Assembly (NCBI GenBank): GCA_964390295.1
Contig: CAYMHR010000003.1
Location: 27,514 to 91,513, forward strand
DNA from: an uncultured Eubacteriales bacterium
GTDB taxonomy: Bacteria > Bacillota > Clostridia > Oscillospirales > Acutalibacteraceae
Length of the DNA: 64,000 bases
Reading direction: 5' to 3'
Shown: piece after piece, positions 27,757-36,626 of the stretch
Numbering within the stretch: the stretch's first letter is position 1
Layout: each line of letters starts with the position of its first letter
The notes under the pieces: generated by a model
Told to the model about the DNA's origin: nothing
Database searches by the model: none
The model's input: the letters and a program-made list of their open reading frames with translations, nothing else
Position numbers and translations under genes: made by a program

Positions 27757-28376
27757 CGGTTCCCTTCACCGCGGAGGAGCTGTGTGTGCATGGGAATGCC
27801 ATCGAGCTGCTTTTCAGCACGGATGACTGGGAGTTTTATCGTTCGTATATGACGAGCACCTGCTTTGTGCTGGAAAACGGAAAGCGGATTGAACAGAAGG
27901 AATTGCAAGCCTCGGTGGATGACGGAATGATCACGCCGTCTCAACTGATGGCAATCTATGAGCTGGACGTTCACGCCAAGCAGGCAAAGGACACGGCATC
28001 CGGTGAAGCGAGAACCGGCCGCCTGTGTTCCTTCCAAAGCTACCGTGAAGCCACGGTGCTTCAGGGTAACACCGAAACGTACGTGTATCCGCCGTACGAT
28101 TTTATCGGGGAGTTTTATGCGGATTCCACCTTGCCCGACTGGGGCGGCGGCGAGAGCCTTGGTTACTACTTCCATGCCGAAGAATTGCAGACGTTGGCGG
28201 AAGCCGCCTGTCCGCAAAAATCCTTTGCCGGTTTGACCGATGTCGAAGGGATTCGCGTGGGAAATGCGCTGTACGTTTCGCAAAAAACGGCGGAGCAGGC
28301 CGGAATCGGGGTTCGCGTGAGTGTCAATGCTGAAAATGGGCACGCCACCGCTTTGGAGCTTACGTTCCCTCAATAA
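27741..28376 (+). CDS. hypothetical protein, likely the C-terminal continuation of the lipoprotein
   Basis: No signal peptide of its own. The only alternative start is a GTG at 27786 after GGAGGAG. Confidence 0.5.
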   Translation: MAFPIAVPFTAEELCVHGNAIELLFSTDDWEFYRSYMTSTCFVLENGKRIEQKELQASVDDGMITPSQLMAIYELDVHAKQAKDTASGEARTGRLCSFQSYREATVLQGNTETYVYPPYDFIGEFYADSTLPDWGGGESLGYYFHAEELQTLAEAACPQKSFAGLTDVEGIRVGNALYVSQKTAEQAGIGVRVSVNAENGHATALELTFPQ

Positions 28377-28400
28377 TCCGACGTGCTGTGAGTAACGTAA

Positions 28401-28445
28401 CGCCCCTTGTGCAGGAAAACCTGTACAAGGGGCGCTTTGCTTTTG
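28401..28445. terminator. bidirectional intrinsic terminator
   Basis: CGCCCCTTGTGCAGG-AAAA-CCTGTACAAGGGGCG followed by CTTTGCTTTTG. Confidence 0.85.
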
Positions 28446-28447
28446 TG

Positions 28448-30274
28448 TTAGCCGAAGTATTGCTGATACCAAACCAAGAACATATAAACGGTCCAAATCT
28501 TACGGCTGTTGTCGCGCTTGCCGTGATAATGTTCGTCCAAAAAGGCTACCAGCTGATCCACGTGGAAAAAGCGCTGTGCCGTTTCGCCGGTGAACGCTTC
28601 CTTGACGATGGCGTAATACGGCTCCTGACGCAACCAAACGCGGATGGGAACGGGGAAACCGAGCTTCGGGCGTGCGGTATCCTTTTCGGGCAGGTGACGC
28701 TTGGCGGCAAGACGCATGGCATATTTGGTGGTGCCGCCGGCGATGCGATGCTTGGCGGGAATCCGCGAGGCGACGTCAAACACGTGACGATCTAGGAACG
28801 GAACGCGCAATTCCAGCGAGTGTGCCATGCTCATGCGGTCGGCTTTGAGAAGAATGTCACCGACCATCCAGCGGTTAATATCCAAATACTGCATCCGCGT
28901 TACGTCGTCGAGCCCTTCGGTACGGGCGTACCATACTGCGGTGTGCGCGGTGGGATCGGTGGCCGGAATGGATTTTAACAGCGCCGTCTTTTCCTTTTTG
29001 CTAAACATATAGGCGTTTCCGATAAAGCGTTCTTCCAGCGATTTGGAGCCGCGAATGAGGAAGGAGCGCCCCTTAAAATCCACCGGAATTCGCGTGGCCA
29101 GCGACGCTACGGCGCGGCGAAGCCAGCGCGGCAGCTTTTGATACCCGGCGAGCGAAAACGGCTCGTGATAGATGCGATAGCCGCCGAACAATTCGTCAGC
29201 ACCCTCGCCGGAAAGCACCACCTTGACGTACTGCGATGCCAGCTTGGAAACAAAGTAGAGAGCCACACAGGCCGGGTCGGCCAGCGGCTGATCCAGCATG
29301 TATTGCACTTGGGGCAGGGACTCCCAGTATTCCTCCGGAGTGATCAGGTGACGATGATGCTCAATGCCGACTTCCTTGGCCAGCTCGGCGGCAAAGGAGG
29401 TTTCGTTATAGTGTTCGCCGTTGTCAAAGCCGACGGTAAAGGCCTTTTGACCGGCAAAGTAGGAGGCAACAAAGCAGGAATCCACGCCGCCGGAAAGGAA
29501 GCAGCCCACCTCGACGTCGCTGATGCGGTGCGCTTCTACCGAGTCGGTGAAGGCTTCGTCAATTTGATCCACCGCCTGCTCCAAGGTCATGCTGTCGTCC
29601 GGATGGAAAACGGCTTCCCAATAGCGCGTTTCCTCCACGTTCCCGTCGCAATATTTCAAATAGTGACCGGGCTGTAAGCAATAAATCTCTTTGAAAAACG
29701 TTTCGCGCGGCAGGGAATATTGATAAGACAAATAGTTGTCCAAAGCGGCTTCATTGAAAATGCGCGGCACGTCGGGATGCTCCAGTAGGGATTTAATTTC
29801 CGAGCCAAACACCAGCCGCCCGTCGGGAAGCAGGGCATAGTGCATGGGCTTAATGCCGAAAAAGTCGCGTGCCAGGAACAGGGAACGGGAGGGCTTGTCC
29901 CAAATGGCAAAGGCAAACATACCGCGCAGACGGTTCAGCAGGGCGGTGTCCCATTCTTCAAAGCCGTGCAACAGCACCTCGCTGTCCGACTCGGTCTTAA
30001 ACGTGTGACCGGTGGCCAGCAATTCCCGGCGAAGCTCGCGGTAATTGTAAATTTCTCCGTTGAACGTCAGCACCTTGGTGCCGTCCTCGTTTTCGATGGG
30101 CTGATGTCCGCCCTCCAAATCGATGATACTCAAGCGCCGAAACGCCATGGCCACGGTGTCGTCCATATAAACGCCTTCGGAGTCGGGACCCCGATGGGTG
30201 ATTTTATCCGCCATGTTTCGCAGGACCTGCTCGCGATCCACCAGTTCACCGGTAAAGCCGCAAAATCCGCACAT
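28448..30274 (-). CDS. asnB: asparagine synthase (glutamine-hydrolysing)
   Basis: MCGFCGF N-terminal nucleophile Cys and the SGGVDS PP-loop. The ATG at 30274 was chosen so that Cys is residue 2. Confidence 0.94.
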   Translation of the reverse strand: MCGFCGFTGELVDREQVLRNMADKITHRGPDSEGVYMDDTVAMAFRRLSIIDLEGGHQPIENEDGTKVLTFNGEIYNYRELRRELLATGHTFKTESDSEVLLHGFEEWDTALLNRLRGMFAFAIWDKPSRSLFLARDFFGIKPMHYALLPDGRLVFGSEIKSLLEHPDVPRIFNEAALDNYLSYQYSLPRETFFKEIYCLQPGHYLKYCDGNVEETRYWEAVFHPDDSMTLEQAVDQIDEAFTDSVEAHRISDVEVGCFLSGGVDSCFVASYFAGQKAFTVGFDNGEHYNETSFAAELAKEVGIEHHRHLITPEEYWESLPQVQYMLDQPLADPACVALYFVSKLASQYVKVVLSGEGADELFGGYRIYHEPFSLAGYQKLPRWLRRAVASLATRIPVDFKGRSFLIRGSKSLEERFIGNAYMFSKKEKTALLKSIPATDPTAHTAVWYARTEGLDDVTRMQYLDINRWMVGDILLKADRMSMAHSLELRVPFLDRHVFDVASRIPAKHRIAGGTTKYAMRLAAKRHLPEKDTARPKLGFPVPIRVWLRQEPYYAIVKEAFTGETAQRFFHVDQLVAFLDEHYHGKRDNSRKIWTVYMFLVWYQQYFG

Positions 30275-30404
30275 ACCCGTCACATCCTCTCCGCTGTTTC
30301 AGCCGACAGCGCATGATATAACAGTAGTATAACAGAAACCGGCGGATTTTCAAAGAGGATATTTCAAAAAGTTCATATTTTTTAGAAAAAAGCGAAATGA
30401 AGGC

Positions 30405-30433
30405 TTGACATTTCCTGAAATCCGTGGTATAGT
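30405..30433 (+). promoter_or_regulatory. sigma-A promoter of tRNA-Tyr
   Basis: TTGACA, 17 nt spacer, TATAGT with TGG extended -10. Confidence 0.75.
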
Positions 30434-30451
30434 TTGACTTGCGCTTGACGT

Positions 30452-30536
30452 GGGGGAATTCCCGAGCGGCCAAAGGGGGCAGACTGTAAATCTGTTGTCT
30501 CTGACTTCGATGGTTCGAATCCATCTTCCCCCACCA
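30452..30536 (+). tRNA. tRNA-Tyr (anticodon GTA), class II with long variable arm, encoded CCA
   Basis: Acceptor GGGGGAA/TTCCCCC, anticodon loop CTGTAAA, T-arm GATGG-TTCGAAT-CCATC, variable hairpin GTC-TCT-GAC, 3' ACCA. Confidence 0.93.
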
Positions 30537-30543
30537 TAACTGG

Positions 30544-30585
30544 ACGCCTGTTTTGATACAATACGTATCGAAGCAGGCGTTTTGT
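30544..30585 (+). terminator. intrinsic terminator after tRNA-Tyr
   Basis: ACGCCTGTTTTGATAC / GTATCGAAGCAGGCGT stem with two U-G pairs that are only valid on the + strand, followed by TTTTG. Confidence 0.8.
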
Positions 30586-30605
30586 GAATTTGGAGGAACA
30601 AAAGC

Positions 30606-31034
30606 ATGATCTATACTGAAATGACAAAAAAGGCGTTGTGCCTGTCATTCGATGCTCATAAGGAGCAGATCGACAAAAGCGGCATACCGTATGTTTATCA
30701 TCCTTTTCACCTTGCGGAACAGATGGATTCTGAAGTAACTGTTACGGTTGCACTCCTTCATGATGTTGTTGAAGACGCTAATTATACCATTGATGATATT
30801 ATCGTTATGGGCTTTCCTAAGTCTGTTACGGATGCACTGGCTCTAATGACCCATGATAAGTCGGTCCCCTATATGGATTATGTCGCAAAGATAAAATCCA
30901 ATCCCATTGCTAAGGCGGTCAAGCTTGCAGATCTCCGCCACAACAGCGATATCAGCAGACTTGACACCGTGGATGAAAAAACGATAGAACGCTTAAAGAA
31001 ATATGCTGCTGCAATTGAACTTCTAATGACCTGA
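30606..31034 (+). CDS. HD-domain protein, small alarmone ((p)ppGpp) hydrolase-like
   Basis: YHPFHLAEQM and ALLHDVVED motifs as in RelA/SpoT hydrolase domains. 142 aa. Visibly AT-rich. Confidence 0.72.
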   Translation: MIYTEMTKKALCLSFDAHKEQIDKSGIPYVYHPFHLAEQMDSEVTVTVALLHDVVEDANYTIDDIIVMGFPKSVTDALALMTHDKSVPYMDYVAKIKSNPIAKAVKLADLRHNSDISRLDTVDEKTIERLKKYAAAIELLMT

Positions 31035-31364
31035 TGCTCCATATACTTCTACCAAAAGTCAACGGGCGATCTGCTGCGAGGTGACTCAAGCGTCTTATCA
31101 TATGTCTGTTCAGAATATAGCCGTCCCAGTTTTCAAATCCGAAAAACACCATCGACTTTGCACTACGAATCGGGGTCCTTATGTTTAACATTGATAAATG
31201 AGCATTGCGGAGATGCATTTTTACTGTTCTCATTTTTTCGAAGCTCTCACGAAAGCTGTCGTTTCAAAAAAGATGCGTATTTACAAATTGTTTTGAGGTG
31301 TGATATACTATAAAAAGCAAGAGAGTGGATCAGGCTGTGCTTGAAAAATCGGAGGCGAAAGCAG

Positions 31365-32264
31365 ATGATATTGGAGCTGAAAGGCATCGAAAAATCATTT
31401 GGCGAAAAGCAGGTTCTTACCGGGGTATCGTTCAAGGCGGAGAGCGGAAAGGCTTTTGGATTGCTCGGCAGAAACGGTGCCGGTAAAACCACGTCGATTC
31501 GCATTTTGATGGATGTGTTTCCTGCAAATGCTGGTGAGGTGCTGATCGACGGTCGGCCGATCGATTACGACAACGTTAAAATCGGTTATCTTCCGGAAGA
31601 ACGAGGCTTGTATCCGAAGAAAATCATCTTGGATCAGCTTGTCTATTTTGCCGAACTGAAGGGGATGGACCGCCGGGCGGCGGTGCAGTCGGTCGATCGT
31701 TGGCTGGAGCGGCTCGGCATGGCGGCCTACCGTAACAAGCGGCTCGATACGCTTTCCAAGGGTAATCAGCAGAAGATTCAGCTGATTACCGCGCTGGCTC
31801 ACGATCCTGATATTGTGATTTTGGACGAGCCGTTTTCCGGGCTTGATCCCGTCAACGCTATGCTCTTAAAGGACGTGGTTAAGGAGCAAATCCAAAGCGG
31901 AAAAATCGTGTTGCTCTCCAGCCATCAAATGAGCTACGTCGAGGAGTTTTGCGACAGCATCGCCATACTCAACAACGGTGTCGTTGCTTTGCAGGGAGAC
32001 CTGCACGCAATTAAGCGCGATTATCCGCGCAATCGTCTGGTGGTCCGCACGGAAACACCCGATGCCATTCGGACCGATTTTGGTTCCTCCTGCACAGTGA
32101 TGGATAACGGTGATTTGATGATTTTTCTGGCCTCTCCTTCCGAGAAAAGGGCCGTGATGACGCGCTTGGCAGAGAACTACGACGTTGACGAGGTGAGGGT
32201 GTTCGAGCCTTCGCTCAACGACATTTTCGTGGAATATGCGGGCGACGCTACCAAGGAGGGATAA
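31365..32264 (+). CDS. ABC transporter ATP-binding protein (ABC-2 type)
   Basis: Walker A GRNGAGKTT, signature LSKGNQQK, Walker B ILDEPFSGLD. ATG at 31365 after GGAGG. Confidence 0.9.
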   Translation: MILELKGIEKSFGEKQVLTGVSFKAESGKAFGLLGRNGAGKTTSIRILMDVFPANAGEVLIDGRPIDYDNVKIGYLPEERGLYPKKIILDQLVYFAELKGMDRRAAVQSVDRWLERLGMAAYRNKRLDTLSKGNQQKIQLITALAHDPDIVILDEPFSGLDPVNAMLLKDVVKEQIQSGKIVLLSSHQMSYVEEFCDSIAILNNGVVALQGDLHAIKRDYPRNRLVVRTETPDAIRTDFGSSCTVMDNGDLMIFLASPSEKRAVMTRLAENYDVDEVRVFEPSLNDIFVEYAGDATKEG

Positions 32265-32267
32265 GCC

Positions 32268-33521
32268 GTGAAGCAGTTTTGGAAAATACTGAAATTTGAG
32301 CTGAAGGACTATTTCAAAAACAAGATTTTTATCGGCGTTACCATCTTTTTGGTGGTGTTGATTGCTGTGGTTATGTTCTTTCCGCGCGTTGCCGCCCTGC
32401 TCAATAACGACGACGCAGGGGAGAACGGGGAGGGGAACGCCGACGTGCTTTCCGTGATGCTTGTTAAAGCGGATGCTTCTTCTCAAGCCGAGCTGGTGCG
32501 CGAGACTTTTTCCGCCTGCTTTTGGGATTATGACGTGCAGGGCACGGAGGCGGAAACACGTGAAATCAAAGAGAAGGTTGCCGCCGGCGAAGTGGAATGT
32601 GCGTTTGTGATGACCGGACCGACCGCCTTTACGTATTACGTGGACAACCTCTCCATGTACGACGTGAACACCGAGACGGCAATCGAAGCGTTGCAGCAAA
32701 TCTATCAAATGAACGCCATGATCGGCGGCGGTATGTCGGCAGAAGAGGCGGCCGCCGTGGTGAATATTCAAATTGACGGCAAAGCAGAAAACCTGGGCAA
32801 GGATCAGATGCAGAATTTCTTTTACACCTACGTGATGGTTTTTGCTTTGTACATGGTCATTCTGCTTTACGGCCAGATGGTTGCTACCAACGTAGCAACG
32901 GAAAAGAGCTCTCGTGCGATGGAAGTGCTGATTACCAGCGCCAAGCCGACCGCGATGATGTTTGGTAAGGTGATCGCCTCCTGCCTGGCAGGACTGATAC
33001 AACTGGTTGCCGTCTTCGGATCGGCGCTTCTGTTCTATAATCTCAATCAGTCCTATTGGGGGGACAACGAAATCATCAATTCGCTTTTTAACATTCCGCC
33101 GGCGCTTTTGGCGTACATGGTGACGTTCTTTGTTCTCGGGTTCCTGATTTATGCCTTTATGTTCGGCGCGGTTGGTTCTACCGTCTCCAAACTCGAAGAC
33201 GTGAACACGTCGGTCATGCCAATTACCACACTGTTTATCATTGCTTTTTTTGCCGTGATGATCTCGATGAGTTCAGGCGAGGTAGACAACGTGGTGATGA
33301 CGATTTGTTCCTACGTTCCGTTCACTTCGCCAATGTCGATGTTTACGAGAATCGCTATGAGTACCGTTCCCTGGTACGAAATCGTAGCGTCCATCGCGAT
33401 TCTCATTGGCTCTACGGTCGGCGTAGGTGTTCTGTCGGCAAAAATTTACCGCGTCGGTGTGCTGACGTACGGAAACGCGCCCAAGCTCCGCAACGTTCTC
33501 AAGATGGTTTGGAAAGTATAA
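32268..33521 (+). CDS. ABC-2 family transporter permease
   Basis: N-terminal TM helix, large extracytoplasmic loop, then 5 C-terminal TM helices. GTG start 3 nt after the ATPase stop. Confidence 0.75.
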   Translation: MKQFWKILKFELKDYFKNKIFIGVTIFLVVLIAVVMFFPRVAALLNNDDAGENGEGNADVLSVMLVKADASSQAELVRETFSACFWDYDVQGTEAETREIKEKVAAGEVECAFVMTGPTAFTYYVDNLSMYDVNTETAIEALQQIYQMNAMIGGGMSAEEAAAVVNIQIDGKAENLGKDQMQNFFYTYVMVFALYMVILLYGQMVATNVATEKSSRAMEVLITSAKPTAMMFGKVIASCLAGLIQLVAVFGSALLFYNLNQSYWGDNEIINSLFNIPPALLAYMVTFFVLGFLIYAFMFGAVGSTVSKLEDVNTSVMPITTLFIIAFFAVMISMSSGEVDNVVMTICSYVPFTSPMSMFTRIAMSTVPWYEIVASIAILIGSTVGVGVLSAKIYRVGVLTYGNAPKLRNVLKMVWKV

Positions 33522-33699
33522 CGGTTGACTGGCAGGGCATCGCTTCGGCGGTGCCCTTGCCTTGTGATTGGCGCGATCAACGGCGCGGGTGCGATCCGTA
33601 AACGGTTGCATTTCCGGAAAACATGTGATAGAATAAAGTGTCCTTCGGCGGCAGCTTGCCGTCGGAATATCCGCAATCGAGTCAAAGGAGCTACGCACC

Positions 33700-34515
33700 A
33701 TGCGTTATCTGCAAAATTTACATACCCATTCCACCTATTGTGACGGTAAGGATACCTTGACAGAGCTTGCCGATGCCGCGCTGGCGCTCGGCTTTGAGTC
33801 TCTCGGTTTTTCGGGTCATTCCTATAACTCGTTTTCAACGATCCACATGTCCTTGCCCGGTACTGAGGAATATAAGCAGGAGATTGCTCGCTTGAAGCAG
33901 ACGTATGACGGGCGGCTGAAGCTGTACTGTGGTCTGGAAGCGGAAATGCTGTCGGATTGCGATTTTACCGGATACGATTACGTGATCGGTTCAGTACACT
34001 ATCTTAAACTGGGCGATGAGATCGTGGGCTTTGACCGTACCAAGGAAGAAATCTTGAGGATCATTGACACCTACTTCGACGGTGACGGCATGAAATTCGC
34101 TCAAAGCTATTACGAGCATCTGGCAATGCTCCCGCAATACGGCGAGTTCGACATCATTGGGCATTTCGACCTGCTGTGTAAGCACAACGAGACGGCGCAC
34201 TACGTTGACGAATCCTCCCCGGTGTATCGCGATTTGGCGTTTTCCGCTATCGAAGCGTTGGACGGAAAAATTTCTCTGTTTGAGGTCAACACCGGGTGCA
34301 TTTCACGAGGCTATCGGCAACGTCCGTATCCGGCACCGTTTCTCATTCGCGAGTTGAAACGGCGCGGCTTCGGTATTGTGATCAGCTCGGATTGTCATGA
34401 TCGCCGCTTTTTGGATTGCCACTTTGCCGAGGCGGAAGAGCTGCTGCGCGCGTGCGGTTATTCCGAACGATATATTTTGACCGACGACGGATTTCGCGCG
34501 GTTCCGATTGGGTGA
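33700..34515 (+). CDS. histidinol-phosphatase HisJ family (PHP domain)
   Basis: LHTHSTYCDG N-terminal PHP motif, GHSY and GHFD metal-binding motifs. Confidence 0.72.
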   Translation: MRYLQNLHTHSTYCDGKDTLTELADAALALGFESLGFSGHSYNSFSTIHMSLPGTEEYKQEIARLKQTYDGRLKLYCGLEAEMLSDCDFTGYDYVIGSVHYLKLGDEIVGFDRTKEEILRIIDTYFDGDGMKFAQSYYEHLAMLPQYGEFDIIGHFDLLCKHNETAHYVDESSPVYRDLAFSAIEALDGKISLFEVNTGCISRGYRQRPYPAPFLIRELKRRGFGIVISSDCHDRRFLDCHFAEAEELLRACGYSERYILTDDGFRAVPIG

Positions 34516-34519
34516 GAGT

Positions 34520-35650
34520 ATGAGTGTATTAACCGTAGTTATGCTGGCATTTTCCACGTTGGGTGCGCTGGATCGCATTTTTGGCAACAAGCTGGGATTG
34601 GGCAAGGAATTTGAACGTGGGTTTCTGCTGTTGGGGACTATGGCGCTGGCTATGATCGGTATGATCGCGATGGCACCGGTGATTGCCGGTTGGCTGGAGC
34701 CGGTGTTGCGTTTTCTGAACGAGCGCTGTCACGTGGAACCGTCGATTCTGACTGCCGCCTTGTTTGCCAACGACATGGGCGGCGCACCGTTGTCGGTCGA
34801 GGTGGCGGCGGATGCGTTGCTTGGCAGGTACAATGCCATGGTCGTCGCCTCCATGATGGGAGCAACGGTGTCCTTCACCATTCCACTGGCGCTCGGCACG
34901 GTGGGGCGCGAGCGTCATCGCGAGCTGTTGCTCGGCTTGCTGTGCGGAATCATGACGGTCCCCATGGGATGCTTCGTATCCGGTTGCGTGTACGGTGTTC
35001 CGCTCGGCAAGCTGCTGGCTGATTTGTTGCCGTTGCTGATTTTTGCGGTGATCATCGCCTGCGGCCTTTTGTGGAAGCCGGAATGGTGCATTAAAGTATT
35101 CAGTGCTTTCGGCTGGTTCGTGAAAGCCTTGATAACGGTGGGACTGATCGCGGCGATTATCAAATATCTGGCCGGTTACGAGCTGTTTCCCGGCATGGGA
35201 ACGCTGGAGGAGGGCGGCGAAATCTGCCTGAACGCCTGTGCGGTTATCTCCGGCGCGTTTCCGCTGATGTTTGTTGTATCCAAGCTGTTGTCGCGTCCGC
35301 TTGGTGCCATGGGGCGGCGGCTGAACGTGGGGGAAGACGCAGCACTGGGTCTGCTGTCCACGCTGGTAACGAACGTGCCGACCTTTGAGATGATGAACAC
35401 GATGAGCCGCAAAGGGGTGTTGCTGAACGCCGCGTTTGCAACGTCGGCGGCGTGGACGTTTGGCGGTCATCTGGCTTTTACAATGGCGTTCGACGAATCC
35501 TTCGTGTTGTCGTTGATCGTTGGCAAGCTGGTGGCCGGTTTGTTGGCGCTGGCGGTAGCCGTGTTGCTGTATCGTCGCCTGTACGAGAAAAACAGCGTTT
35601 CGCCGGATGAAAAGCCGGCAGAGCAAAAAACGGAAACGGCCTCTTGCTGA
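34520..35650 (+). CDS. eutH: EutH family permease (ethanolamine-utilisation-protein-H-like), not in a eut cluster
   Basis: The N-terminus (LGALDRIFGNKLGLGKEFERGF) and polytopic profile match the EutH family. ATG at 34520 after GGGTGAGAG. Confidence 0.7.
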   Translation: MSVLTVVMLAFSTLGALDRIFGNKLGLGKEFERGFLLLGTMALAMIGMIAMAPVIAGWLEPVLRFLNERCHVEPSILTAALFANDMGGAPLSVEVAADALLGRYNAMVVASMMGATVSFTIPLALGTVGRERHRELLLGLLCGIMTVPMGCFVSGCVYGVPLGKLLADLLPLLIFAVIIACGLLWKPEWCIKVFSAFGWFVKALITVGLIAAIIKYLAGYELFPGMGTLEEGGEICLNACAVISGAFPLMFVVSKLLSRPLGAMGRRLNVGEDAALGLLSTLVTNVPTFEMMNTMSRKGVLLNAAFATSAAWTFGGHLAFTMAFDESFVLSLIVGKLVAGLLALAVAVLLYRRLYEKNSVSPDEKPAEQKTETASC

Positions 35651-35698
35651 TGCCAAGGGCGAAATTGCGCTTGATCAAGCGACTGAAAACAAAAAAAC

Positions 35699-35736
35699 AG
35701 CACCCGACTTCTTCACGGAAGTCGGGTGCTATTTTT
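35699..35736. terminator. bidirectional intrinsic terminator
   Basis: AGCACCCGACTTC-TTCACG-GAAGTCGGGTGCT, flanked by A7 and T5. Confidence 0.88.
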
Positions 35737-35932
35737 CTTGTCGTCCGATAAAATAATCGGCGGATACGTGATAAAAATCGCAAAGCTTGATTAAATCCTC
35801 GATTTTCAGCTCGGCACGGCCGGTTTCAATGTGGTTGTAGCCTTGTTGCGATTTATTGATGATTTTGGCAACCTGCCGTTGCGTTAAATCCCGATCCTCA
35901 CGCAAGGCGCGCATTCGTTCGCGGTAATTCAT
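35729..35932 (-). CDS. XRE (Cro/CI) family HTH transcriptional regulator, 67 aa
   Basis: LREDRDLTQRQVAKIINKSQQGYNHIETG HTH. Confidence 0.88.
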   Translation of the reverse strand: MNYRERMRALREDRDLTQRQVAKIINKSQQGYNHIETGRAELKIEDLIKLCDFYHVSADYFIGRQEK

Positions 35933-35969
35933 TCCATCACCTGTGCTGTCGTAGTAAGCACATCATAGC

Positions 35970-36013
35970 ATACTCATAAATTGAGTATTGACAAATACTC
36001 AAAGATTGAGTAT
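35970..36013. promoter_or_regulatory. operator array: four ATACTCA/TGAGTAT half-sites
   Basis: ATACTCA-5-TGAGTAT-6-ATACTCA-5-TGAGTAT, overlapping the -35 and -10 of the lipoprotein promoter. Confidence 0.75.
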
Positions 36014-36016
36014 AAT
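35988..36016 (+). promoter_or_regulatory. consensus sigma-A promoter
   Basis: TTGACA, 17 nt spacer, TATAAT. Confidence 0.8.
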
Positions 36017-36056
36017 ATTTTTGTCCAAAATTTTTGGACGAATAGAAGGAGGTAGG

Positions 36057-36536
36057 ATGATGAAAAGAATAGCGGCGGTATTTTTGGGCTTAGCGATGGT
36101 GTTTTGCCTGTACGGGTGTGGCAACTCGGAGCGTGAAACGGCATACACAAAATTGTCAGGTTTTTACGACGCGGTATCCGATAGTCAGGAACTGCTGGAT
36201 TCTGTGGCAGACGACATTTATTCCAATTGGCACGGCGCCATTTATAACGATGAATTTAACGAAGATATTAACCGGGCGATTGCTGCGGCACTGGTTGATC
36301 ACGAAGACGATCTTGACGAAATCGAAGAACTGGATGAGAAAATCGCCGAATTGTTCAGTGAAGTGAAACGGGATGAAGAGCACGGTGAGCTGGTAAAGGA
36401 GATCATGTCCGCTTACAGTGATTACTATGAGCTTGTGGTCAACGTCAGCGGTTCGTTCAATTCCTTTTCGGCAGAAAAAGAAACGCTGAAAAAGGAACTG
36501 GCCAGCTCGCTGAAGGAATTATCCTATGAGCTGTAA
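36057..36536 (+). CDS. lipoprotein of unknown function
   Basis: MMKRIAAVFLGLAMVFCLYGCG lipobox followed by an acidic helical mature part. ATG after GAAGGAGG. Confidence 0.72.
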   Translation: MMKRIAAVFLGLAMVFCLYGCGNSERETAYTKLSGFYDAVSDSQELLDSVADDIYSNWHGAIYNDEFNEDINRAIAAALVDHEDDLDEIEELDEKIAELFSEVKRDEEHGELVKEIMSAYSDYYELVVNVSGSFNSFSAEKETLKKELASSLKELSYEL

Positions 36537-36553
36537 GAAGTGAATAATGAATA

Positions 36554-36594
36554 ACAGCCGGCAGGTTTTGAAACAAACCTGTCGGCTGTGTTTT
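36554..36594. terminator. bidirectional intrinsic terminator
   Basis: ACAGCCGGCAGGTTT-TGAAAC-AAACCTGTCGGCTGT followed by GTTTTG. Confidence 0.85.
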
Positions 36595-36626
36595 GTGCTC
36601 TCGGTAAACCGGCAATACCGCTGGAA

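Noticed and set aside
30952-31233. 93-aa minus-strand ORF in the AT-rich spacer after the HD gene, considered as a possible mobile-element remnant.
   Set aside because: It overlaps the HD gene 3' end. I see no recognisable transposase, integrase or toxin motifs and no SD. I cannot support a call without a database search.
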